The notes under the pieces were generated by a model that did no database searches, was not told where the DNA came from, and saw nothing but the letters and a program-made list of their open reading frames with translations. The position numbers were made by a program, and so were the translations under genes. A stretch of 64,000 nucleotides of DNA from Clostridiales bacterium. GTDB lineage: Bacteria; Bacillota; Dehalobacteriia; UBA4068. Positions 10,645 to 18,977 of the stretch are shown one piece after another; the first letter of the stretch is position 1; every line of letters starts with the position of its first letter. The stretch covers positions 1,720,610 to 1,784,609 of the forward strand of contig JAXGOI010000001.1 of the NCBI GenBank assembly GCA_040767605.1, given 5' to 3'.

Positions 10645-11310
10645 TTAATGAATATCTATACCCCCAAAAACGCAGGTGGCATTTATGGTTATAGTGGGCT
10701 CTTCATGGTTTGTTTCCCGGCGGATATTATTATCCACCCCGCCGAATATAGGCAAAGAATTTACTACTATATTAACATTATCCGGCATAAATAAATCTAT
10801 GCCGCCAAATACGGCCAGGGCATTAATTTCTATATTTTCTTTAATCAGGGCTTTTTTACAATCTAATTCAATTCCGCCGAAAATTGCGGTAATATTACTG
10901 CCCTCAAAAACATCCTCCGATAATTTTACCTCCTGCCCCCCAAAAACGGCGGTTAGGGATTTGCCGGAGGCGGAGTTGAAAATATGCTTAGGCTTCCAGA
11001 TATTTTTAAAAATAAGATTTAAGCCGATTAAAACAAGAATAACCGGGAAAATCAGCTTAGCCGAAGCATTTTTAGGTAAAATATCTCGGGCAATTAAAAG
11101 TAAAAAAATACCTATTATAAGCGTGGTAAAAGAGCCAAGCTTATTTTGATTTTTTATAATACCGATAATGCTCGGAACAATAATAAATAAAGTCCACCAG
11201 CCTTTAAAGAAAATCTCAAAATTCCAAAGGTTAAAAGCATTTCCGGCAAAAATTACCCCTAAAGCAATAAGAATAAGCCCCCAAATAAGGTTATTTGATT
11301 TTCCTGTCAT
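10645..11310 (-). CDS. Membrane protein, LiaF/DUF2154-like (cell-envelope stress family)
   Basis: N-terminal TM helices plus C-terminal repeated FGGI(D/E)L / FGGVDN beta-repeats. Family assignment is tentative. Confidence 0.45.
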   Translation of the reverse strand: MTGKSNNLIWGLILIALGVIFAGNAFNLWNFEIFFKGWWTLFIIVPSIIGIIKNQNKLGSFTTLIIGIFLLLIARDILPKNASAKLIFPVILVLIGLNLIFKNIWKPKHIFNSASGKSLTAVFGGQEVKLSEDVFEGSNITAIFGGIELDCKKALIKENIEINALAVFGGIDLFMPDNVNIVVNSLPIFGGVDNNIRRETNHEEPTITINATCVFGGIDIH

Positions 11311-11384
11311 ATTTAGCCCCCCAAAAAACAATTATGGTTTAAGCTTAACACAGAGAATAAATTAAAACAATAATTTATTTACAC

Positions 11385-12167
11385 TTAAGGCATATTGCAG
11401 CAATGGTTAAGGGGCCCATTACCTTTGCCTAGGGCTAACCCCGCCTTTAAGGCGCAGTTAATATATTCTTTACCCTTTAATACCCCAAGCTTTAAATCAA
11501 GCCCCAAGGCAAGGTTAGCCGCAATTGCGGAAGATAAGGTGCAGCCGGTGCCATGAGTATTTTCGGTTTCTATATGCCGCCCCGGGAACCAATGGTATTC
11601 CCCTTTATAATAGAGAAGGTCATCACTGTCTTTTTGGCGGTGGCCGCCTTTAATTAAAATAGCCCCGCCGCAAAAGGAGCTTATTTCCCGGGCGGCCTTT
11701 TGCATATCTTCTCTTGTGCTTATTTTAAGCCCCGTTAAAACCTCAGCCTCAGGGATATTGGGGGTAATCAGGCAGGCCAGAGGAATAAGCATATTTTTAA
11801 GAGCCGTAAGGGAGGCCTCCTCCATAAGGGAGTGGCCGCTTGTGGAGACCATTACAGGGTCTAAAACAATATTTTCGGCCTTATAAAAGGCCAGTTTTTG
11901 GCTGATTATTTTAATTGTTTCCGGCAGATGAACCATGCCTATTTTTACCGCATCGGGGGGAATATCGCTAAAAACGGCATCTAATTGAGCCCCTACCATT
12001 TCAAGGGGAATATCTAAAACAGAATATACTCCGCAGGTATTTTGAGCTGTTAAGGCTGTAATTACACTCATCCCATAAACCTTATGAGCGGCAAATGTTT
12101 TTAAATCCGCCTGGATTCCGGCGCCGCCGCTGCAATCGGAGCCGGCAATTGTTAATGCTGTTTTCAT
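11385..12167 (-). CDS. thiD: Hydroxymethylpyrimidine/phosphomethylpyrimidine kinase ThiD
   Basis: N-terminus LTIAGSDCSGGAGIQADLKTF is the ThiD/PdxK ribokinase-fold signature. Confidence 0.9.
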   Translation of the reverse strand: MKTALTIAGSDCSGGAGIQADLKTFAAHKVYGMSVITALTAQNTCGVYSVLDIPLEMVGAQLDAVFSDIPPDAVKIGMVHLPETIKIISQKLAFYKAENIVLDPVMVSTSGHSLMEEASLTALKNMLIPLACLITPNIPEAEVLTGLKISTREDMQKAAREISSFCGGAILIKGGHRQKDSDDLLYYKGEYHWFPGRHIETENTHGTGCTLSSAIAANLALGLDLKLGVLKGKEYINCALKAGLALGKGNGPLNHCCNMP

Positions 12168-12168
12168 T

Positions 12169-12819
12169 TTATACCCCTTTATTAATTAATTCCTGAAAAC
12201 CGGAAATATAATGATGGCAATTTTCTTTAAGAGATGAACATATTGCCTCCCAAGCCTCATCATAAATGCCGTAAACGATAAACCCCGCCTCTTTGGCGGT
12301 TTTAGCGGCATAGGGAGAATCTTCAAAAACCGCGCATTTTTGCGGGGGAAGGCCCAGATTATGGGCGGCCTGCAAATAAATATCCGGGCTGTTTTTATCT
12401 TTCCCGGCCTCCTGTACCGTTAGTATAACCTTAAAAAAACAATCTATTTCAAGCCTTTTAAGAGCGGCTAAAGCCAGAGGTTTAGGGGTGGCTGTAGCTA
12501 TTGCCATAGGAATATTTTTAGCCTTTAAACAGTCTAAAAATTCCCTGGTATAAGCCTTAAGCTCCACAGAGTTTTCATAGCCCTTCTGAAGCTGCAGCTT
12601 CCATTCCTCCAAAATTTCCTTTAGTGTAAGCTCCGGGGTAAAATTATCTGAAAAATACTGGGCGCTTTGCTCCAGAGTAAAATTTTCCACCCTTTTTACA
12701 AGCCCCTCGGGGATGGGGATTCCCCTTTTAAGGAGGAAATCCCGGCCGATATTCTTATAAATACCCATAGAATCTAAAATTGTGCCGTCCATATCAAAAA
12801 TTGCGCCTTCAAAATCCAT
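12169..12819 (-). CDS. HAD superfamily hydrolase
   Basis: Motif I FDMDGTILDS. Sits inside the thi operon. Confidence 0.75.
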   Translation of the reverse strand: MDFEGAIFDMDGTILDSMGIYKNIGRDFLLKRGIPIPEGLVKRVENFTLEQSAQYFSDNFTPELTLKEILEEWKLQLQKGYENSVELKAYTREFLDCLKAKNIPMAIATATPKPLALAALKRLEIDCFFKVILTVQEAGKDKNSPDIYLQAAHNLGLPPQKCAVFEDSPYAAKTAKEAGFIVYGIYDEAWEAICSSLKENCHHYISGFQELINKGV

Positions 12820-13457
12820 TATTTCACAACCTTTGCTAGAATTTCCGCAAGTTCTCCGGCGGCTTGCTCAATATCAGGGGCGGCAAGTATTGCCGATATT
12901 ACCGCAATTCCGGCAATCCCCGTGCCGGCAAGCTCTTTAAGATTATCTTTATTTATGCCCCCAATTGCCACAACGGGGAGCTTGGTATTTTTACAAATTG
13001 CCTTTAAGGTTTCATGGCTTACCGGGGAGGCATCATCCTTTGAGGAGGTAGGAAAGACAGCCCCCACGCCTAAATAATCCGCTCCGTCTCCGGCGGCAAT
13101 TAAAGCCTCCTCCGGGGTGGAGGCAGAAACCCCTATAATTTTTTTGGGGCCCAGGGCTTCCCGGGCTTTTTTACAGTTTAAATCCCCCTGGCCAATATGG
13201 ATGCCGGCGGCATCCACCGCCTGGGCAACCTCTAAATTATCATTTACGATTAAAGGTACGGAGTATTTATCCGTCAGCTTTTTTATTTCTTTGGCTAAAG
13301 CTATAAATTCATTTTTGGGGAGGGTTTTTTCTCTGATTTGTACCATGGTTACGCCGTTTTTTAAAGCCACCTCAACCTGCTGGGCAAGGGTTTTACCCTT
13401 TAGCCAGCTTCTATCTGTTACAAGGTAAAGCAGGCATTGTTTCTTAGAGCAATTCAA
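12819..13457 (-). CDS. thiE: Thiamine-phosphate synthase ThiE
   Basis: LYLVTDR start and the GADYLGVGAVFPT region typical of ThiE. Confidence 0.9.
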   Translation of the reverse strand: MNCSKKQCLLYLVTDRSWLKGKTLAQQVEVALKNGVTMVQIREKTLPKNEFIALAKEIKKLTDKYSVPLIVNDNLEVAQAVDAAGIHIGQGDLNCKKAREALGPKKIIGVSASTPEEALIAAGDGADYLGVGAVFPTSSKDDASPVSHETLKAICKNTKLPVVAIGGINKDNLKELAGTGIAGIAVISAILAAPDIEQAAGELAEILAKVVK

Positions 13458-14256
13458 TTTTCATACCTCTTTCTAAAATATTTGCATTCATATTGCTTAC
13501 GGCATCTATAAGCTTTATACGAAGGCTGCCTGTGCCAAGCCGGTTTTTTTCTACTTCTGCCTGGGCCGATTCACCGGCTAAACCCATAATTGTTACGGCT
13601 GTGGCGGCGGCCTCTAAAAAATTGCCTGTTATGCCGCAAAAGCACCCCACAAGGCAGGAGCACATACAGCCTGTGCCGGTTATTTTACTCATAAGGGGGT
13701 GGCCGTTTTTTATGCCGTAGGCCGTATTGCCGTCGCTTATAATATCCGTTTCCCCGGTAATGGCAATTACAGATTTTGTGGTTTTGGCAAAATCTTTGGC
13801 TAATTTGGCGGCGGCTTTAATATTTAAAGCGTCCCCCAGGCCGGCATCTACCCCCCGGGTTTTGCCAAAGCCTGAGGCGGCCACTTTAATTTCAGATATA
13901 TTCCCCCGAATAACCGCAAAATTTACTTCCTCAAGCAGGCGGTTTGTGGTTTTAGTGCGTAGGGGGGAGGCCCCATTACCCACAGGGTCTAAAATTACCG
14001 GCTTATTTAAGCTATTCGCTTTTTTGCCGGCTAAAACCATAGCCTCAATGGTTTTTTGATTAAGAGTACCTATATTCAGCACAAGGCTGTCGCAAATGGA
14101 GATTATATCTTCAACCTCATCAATATCATCCGCCATAATAGGGGAGCCCCCGATAGCTAAAATAATATTTGCGCAATCGTTTACGGTTACATAATTGGTA
14201 ATATTGTGTACTAAAGGGTGTTTATCTTTTAATTCTGTAATCAGCGCGGGGTTCAT
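13444..14256 (-). CDS. thiM: Hydroxyethylthiazole kinase ThiM
   Basis: HNITNYVTVNDCAN...AIGGSPIMADD signature. Confidence 0.9.
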   Translation of the reverse strand: MNPALITELKDKHPLVHNITNYVTVNDCANIILAIGGSPIMADDIDEVEDIISICDSLVLNIGTLNQKTIEAMVLAGKKANSLNKPVILDPVGNGASPLRTKTTNRLLEEVNFAVIRGNISEIKVAASGFGKTRGVDAGLGDALNIKAAAKLAKDFAKTTKSVIAITGETDIISDGNTAYGIKNGHPLMSKITGTGCMCSCLVGCFCGITGNFLEAAATAVTIMGLAGESAQAEVEKNRLGTGSLRIKLIDAVSNMNANILERGMKIELL

Positions 14257-14351
14257 TAAATATCCTCCTGTTTTTTTAAAATTTGCCTTAATTTATTTAA
14301 ACAGCCCGAATTTAAAATCTATGCCCTAGGGCGGGTATGCCTGTATTTTGG

Positions 14352-14480
14352 CGTTAAAAAAACCACATTCTGTGAATGCAGCCTAAAAGTATCTTCCCTA
14401 CGTTGGCATTATCCACATCAGGTTTTAAGGGTCAAAGCTTTTTAGCTTACTCTCAGTCCTAAAAAAGAACTCCCCATTTT
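14352..14480 (-). promoter_or_regulatory. TPP (THI-box) riboswitch with terminator-type expression platform, in the 5' leader of thiM-thiE-thiD
   Basis: Minus-strand RNA reads GGGGAG...GGACUGAGAG...ACCCUUAAAACCUGAUGUGGAUAAUGCCAACGUAGGGAAG, the classic CUGAGA / ACCUGAUCUGGAUAAUGCCAGCGUAGGGAA core. A CCACAUUC...GAAUGUGG hairpin plus U7 follows (plus coords 14355-14377). Confidence 0.85.
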
Positions 14481-14675
14481 GATTCACTTATATATTCAGT
14501 ATATAGTATGAGGTAGGCAATAGTCAATATTGGCGTTTATATTTGCAAAAAGGCAGGCAATTATTATTTTATTTAATAGCCGGTTTAAAAGCCGATGAAT
14601 ATTTGTCCAAAACAATATTTTTGGAGGTTTTAAGCTAAAATTAGCGAAACACTTCATATTCAGGGGGGTGGGAAT

Positions 14676-16049
14676 ATGGAATATAATTCAGGGTTAAAAG
14701 GCAAAATTCCTCAAACAGGGGATGAAATATGCCTGGAAATTAGCGGCCTTAATCATCAGGGTATGGGTATTGGCCGCTTTCACGGCCCGGCAATTTTTAT
14801 TAAGGGAGCCTTGCCCCGGGAGATTGTAAAAGCAAAAATTATTAAAACCCATAAAAAATATGCCATTGGGAAGCTTTTGGAGATAATTAAAGAGAGCCCT
14901 GATAGAATCAGCCCGCCCTGTCCGTATTTTGGCGCCTGCGGAGGCTGCAGCCTGCAGCATATTTTATATAAGGAACAATTAAAATTTAAAAAGCAAAGGC
15001 TAAAAGACAGCCTCGAAAGAATTGGAGGTATAAAAAACCCCAATATTGAGGATGTTATGGCATCCCCCAAAGAGTTTTATTATCGCAATCGGGGGCGCTT
15101 TCATATCTTTTGGGAAGAAAATGGGCTTAAGCTGGGGTATTTTGAGTATAATGCCCAAAATATAATAAATATAAAAAAATGCCTTATTGTTGATGAAGAG
15201 ATTAATAAAATTCTTTTCTATCTTCAAAAACATTTGCCAGAATATAGAAAGGGCCTTGGGGGTTTATATCAGATTGCAATCCAAAGTAATAGCCGGGGCG
15301 AGATTGGCCTGATTTTTATGACAAAAGAAGATAACCCGGCTTACCGGGAATTAGCCCTGGCTTTATTAAAAAACTTCCCTAAAATTATTTATATTGCGGC
15401 AAATATCAGAAAAGCTAAAGCCCCTGCAAGAAGCATTACCTCCGGAGGGGAATGGAGGCATTTGGCAGGAGATAAAGCCCTTAATGAAAGCTATAACGGC
15501 CTGAGCTTTGCCCTTAGCCCAGGCTCCTTCAGCCAGGTGAACAGGGGGCAAACCTTAAATTTATATGCCAAAATTAAAGAATATGCCGCTTTAGGGGGAG
15601 AGGAAACGGTTTTGGATATATACTGCGGAGTCGGCGCCATTGCCTTATATCTCGCACCGTTTTGCAGGCGAGTAATGGGGGTTGAGGAATCAAAAACGGC
15701 AATAATAAACGCAAAAAGCAATGCTTTGGCAAACGGAATAGAAAACGCGGAGTTTTTTGCCGCCCCCGCTGAAGAAATTTTGCCCCTATGGGCTGAACAG
15801 GGCCTTAAACCCCAGGTAATTGTGGTTGACCCCCCCAGGCAGGGCTGTAATGAGGCTGTAATTTCTGCAATTGCAGCCATGGAGCCGGGGAAAATTATTT
15901 ATGTATCCTGCGACCCGGCAACCCTGGCAAGAGATTTGCGTATTTTAAACACAGCGGGCTATAAAATTAAAAAAACCCTGCCTTTTGATATGTTTCCCCA
16001 GACGGGGCATGTGGAGACGGTAGTATTGATGTCAAGGGCGGATAAGTAA
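14676..16049 (+). CDS. rlmD: 23S rRNA (uracil-C5)-methyltransferase RlmD/RumA
   Basis: N-terminal TRAM domain, the 4-Cys cluster CPYFGACGGCSLQH, SAM motif VLDIYCGVGAIAL, and VVDPPRQG. Confidence 0.9.
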   Translation: MEYNSGLKGKIPQTGDEICLEISGLNHQGMGIGRFHGPAIFIKGALPREIVKAKIIKTHKKYAIGKLLEIIKESPDRISPPCPYFGACGGCSLQHILYKEQLKFKKQRLKDSLERIGGIKNPNIEDVMASPKEFYYRNRGRFHIFWEENGLKLGYFEYNAQNIINIKKCLIVDEEINKILFYLQKHLPEYRKGLGGLYQIAIQSNSRGEIGLIFMTKEDNPAYRELALALLKNFPKIIYIAANIRKAKAPARSITSGGEWRHLAGDKALNESYNGLSFALSPGSFSQVNRGQTLNLYAKIKEYAALGGEETVLDIYCGVGAIALYLAPFCRRVMGVEESKTAIINAKSNALANGIENAEFFAAPAEEILPLWAEQGLKPQVIVVDPPRQGCNEAVISAIAAMEPGKIIYVSCDPATLARDLRILNTAGYKIKKTLPFDMFPQTGHVETVVLMSRADK

Positions 16050-16077
16050 GGATGTAATAAGATAAGCAAATAAAGGC

Positions 16078-16148
16078 TTTCCGTGATTTGAGATCTGGTT
16101 TCAATCCGGCAGGATGATCACGGAAATTTGTTTTGCGGGAACTTGCCC
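16078..16148 (+). terminator. Terminator-like hairpin after rlmD (long loop)
   Basis: TTTCCGTGAT...ATCACGGAAA 10-bp inverted repeat followed by TTTGTTTTG. The loop of ~38 nt is unusually long. Confidence 0.4.
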
Positions 16149-16646
16149 AAGATAGGCAGGTTAGATGATCAAGAAGGTGATATGGATATTGACGTGGTGA
16201 GTTGATAGGATTACTGGCAAAAACGTGGTGAGTTGACAAAATAGTTATTACTTTTATTAATCCTATTCAGGATGCCAGATTCAATTTATATTTCCTTAGA
16301 GAATACACTTGAAATCTTCTGACTGCTGACAAAATAATAGATGTATGAGCCCTTGAAGATGGCGTATTTTAGTGTTGTGAGGGGGTTCTTTGTTTAATGA
16401 TGGCGGGTAAAGTTGTAGATTATGAGTGTGTTTTAAGGGAATATGGTTTAGTTGATGAATTGAGCTTAACCATGCAAATGAAGTTTTGCTTTAAGGGTTC
16501 AACTGTTTAGCAAAATAAAAAATTAAGGTTGGAAGATTAGGTATCAGTACCTAACTATTCATGCTAAAAACAACTAATACCTATTAAAATCAAATAGCAT
16601 ATGTTATTATGTTAGTAGACTATAATTCATTATGGAGGTGTTCAAT

Positions 16647-16829
16647 ATGTCTGATCCCAAAATTGAAAGATGGTATTCATTAGAAGAAACTGCTGACTAT
16701 CTTGGGGTGAGTAAAGATACAATTTACAGATGGATTTCAGACAAGAAAATGCCAGCAACAAAAATTGGACGTCAATGGAAATTTAAACTGACTGAAGTTG
16801 ATGAGTGGATTAAACAAAGAAATCTATAA
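16647..16829 (+). CDS. Excisionase/AlpA-family HTH DNA-binding protein
   Basis: YSLEETADYLGVSKDTIYRWISDKKMPATKIGRQWKF is the Xis/AlpA-type (MerR-like) HTH. GGAGGTG RBS. 60 aa. Confidence 0.75.
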   Translation: MSDPKIERWYSLEETADYLGVSKDTIYRWISDKKMPATKIGRQWKFKLTEVDEWIKQRNL

Positions 16830-16859
16830 TATTAAGATTAGAATATTGGAGGAGATACT

Positions 16860-18974
16860 ATGAATAGTATAAAGTACAAAGATCTCATAACTGAATTATT
16901 ATTACAAGATGAGCGACTATGGAATGAAGGGAAAACTGAGTTTAATCAAGTACTTCTTTTTGATTTACTAGATAAAGTTGATGAAAAAATTATTGATTTA
17001 CTTTTACAAAACGAAGAAATTAGAAATAAGTTTTTCATTAAAATCAAAGATGTATATGTTTTTAAATCTAATGATTTCAAATTTTTTATGGAAGAAAATA
17101 AAATTAACAACTCATATACGGCATTTGAAAATATCATAGGCTTATCTGATGGTGATAGATTCATAAAGAATAGAGATGAAGTTGTTATTAATTTTCCTTT
17201 TAAAGATTGTGTTTTGGAAGGTGGACAATCAACAGAGGAAGGCGAAGATCAATACTATGAGTATACAGAAGAAAAAACTAAAACAGTAAATGGAGAAAAG
17301 GTGGTTGAGCCTGCAGGATTTAAAAGAAAAAATTCGAAAAGATCTGAGATATTTTTTAATGAAGTATTAGCTAATGATGAGCTTGACAGACTTAGAGATG
17401 AGAAAGCATTCGTAAACTGGAAAAGATACACAAGAAATTCCGAGGAAACAATAGGTCAAATTAAGAGAAATTCGGAAGGACTTATTAATGAAAATATTAT
17501 TATAAAGGGTAATAACTTATTAGCATTATATAGCTTAGAGAGTCAGTTTTCGAATTCAATAAAAATGGTATATATTGATCCACCTTATTATTTTTCAAGT
17601 ACGTCTAAGAGTAATGACTCATTTGTTTATAACACAAATTTTAAGCTTTCTACTTGGCTAGTGTTTATGAAGAACCGATTGGAGATTGCTTATAGATTAC
17701 TGCGAAATGATGGAGTTATTTTCGTAAGTATAGATGACGGGGGGCAAGCGTATCTTAAGGTATTAATGGATGAGATATTTGGAAAAGAAAACTTTATTTC
17801 AACACTACCAACAATTATGAATTTAAAAGGGAATAATGATGAATTTGGATTTTCTGGAACTCATGAATATACTCTTGTGTATGCTAAAAATAAGAGTAGT
17901 GCGTTAATTAATGAATTTCCTCTCGATGAAGAAGAACTTTTGAAGGAGTGGGAGGAAGATGAAATAGGTTATTACAAACGAGGGGCAACTCTCAAAAGAA
18001 CAGGAACCGATGCGCCAAGGGAAAAGCGACCATATGCATACTACCCAATACTAGTTAAAAATGGTGAAATAAATTCTATTGAAAAAGAAGAATTCGAGAG
18101 AATATTTAACAAAAACACAAAAACTTTTGATGACGATTTTGTGAGTGAGTTAAAAATAAAATATGAAAGCTTAGGATTTGAGTTCATACTCCCAACAATC
18201 TCAGATAATAAAACATCTTGGAGATGGCAATATTCTAAGGTGAAAAATGAGAGTAATGAAATTATTATTTCATTTTCTGGGGAGACTTCGTTTTATAAAA
18301 AACAGAGACCTCAATTAGGTGAAATTCCAACTAAAAAGCCTAAATCTATTTTTTATAAACCAGAATATAGTAGTGGCAATGGTACTAGACAAATTAAGGA
18401 TTATTTTGGCGAAAAAGTGTTTAACAATCCTAAACCTTTAGAACTCATCAGAGATTTTATTTTGCTAGCTACTAATGAGAATGACATCATATTAGATTTT
18501 CATGCTGGATCAGGAACAACCGGAGATGCTACAGTAAGACTTGGTGAAAACAGGAAGTTTATCCTGATTGAACAAATGGATTACGTAAAAGATGTTACGG
18601 TAGAGAGAGTTAGAAAAGCACTAGAATCAGAAAACAGTGACGATTCATTCATATATTTCGAACTTGCAGAGTTTAATGAAAAAGCTAAAAGAGAAATACT
18701 GCAATGCAAAAACCTACAAGAATTAGAGAAACTATTTGAGGAACTATATGAACACTATTTTTTAAACTACAACGTTAAAGTAGAAGAGTTTAAAAATAAT
18801 GTAATGAAAGATAAGAGATTCATTGAGTTATCTCTTGAAGAACAGCAAAATATGTTTCTTGCAATGTTAGATTTAAATCAGATGTATGTAAATAAGTCAG
18901 AGATGGAAGATAAAAGATATGGTATAAATGATGAAGAACAAGAATTGATAAAACGTTTTTATGAGGGGGTGTAA
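16860..18974 (+). CDS. mod: Type III restriction-modification system methyltransferase (Mod)
   Basis: 704 aa. Catalytic VYIDPPYYF (DPPY) before the C-terminal FxGxG motif LDFHAGSGTTG, the beta-class order typical of Type III Mod. Very AT-rich gene. Confidence 0.85.
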   Translation: MNSIKYKDLITELLLQDERLWNEGKTEFNQVLLFDLLDKVDEKIIDLLLQNEEIRNKFFIKIKDVYVFKSNDFKFFMEENKINNSYTAFENIIGLSDGDRFIKNRDEVVINFPFKDCVLEGGQSTEEGEDQYYEYTEEKTKTVNGEKVVEPAGFKRKNSKRSEIFFNEVLANDELDRLRDEKAFVNWKRYTRNSEETIGQIKRNSEGLINENIIIKGNNLLALYSLESQFSNSIKMVYIDPPYYFSSTSKSNDSFVYNTNFKLSTWLVFMKNRLEIAYRLLRNDGVIFVSIDDGGQAYLKVLMDEIFGKENFISTLPTIMNLKGNNDEFGFSGTHEYTLVYAKNKSSALINEFPLDEEELLKEWEEDEIGYYKRGATLKRTGTDAPREKRPYAYYPILVKNGEINSIEKEEFERIFNKNTKTFDDDFVSELKIKYESLGFEFILPTISDNKTSWRWQYSKVKNESNEIIISFSGETSFYKKQRPQLGEIPTKKPKSIFYKPEYSSGNGTRQIKDYFGEKVFNNPKPLELIRDFILLATNENDIILDFHAGSGTTGDATVRLGENRKFILIEQMDYVKDVTVERVRKALESENSDDSFIYFELAEFNEKAKREILQCKNLQELEKLFEELYEHYFLNYNVKVEEFKNNVMKDKRFIELSLEEQQNMFLAMLDLNQMYVNKSEMEDKRYGINDEEQELIKRFYEGV

Positions 18975-18977
18975 TGA

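Noticed and set aside
16088-16110. GGTTTCAATCCGG, a tRNA T-loop-like sequence near the element boundary
   Set aside because: No acceptor or anticodon arms can be built around it. It lies within the loop of the rlmD terminator-like hairpin.
17742-17747. G6 homopolymer inside mod as a possible phase-variation tract
   Set aside because: Six residues is too short for efficient slipped-strand switching. No longer simple-sequence repeats are present in mod or res.
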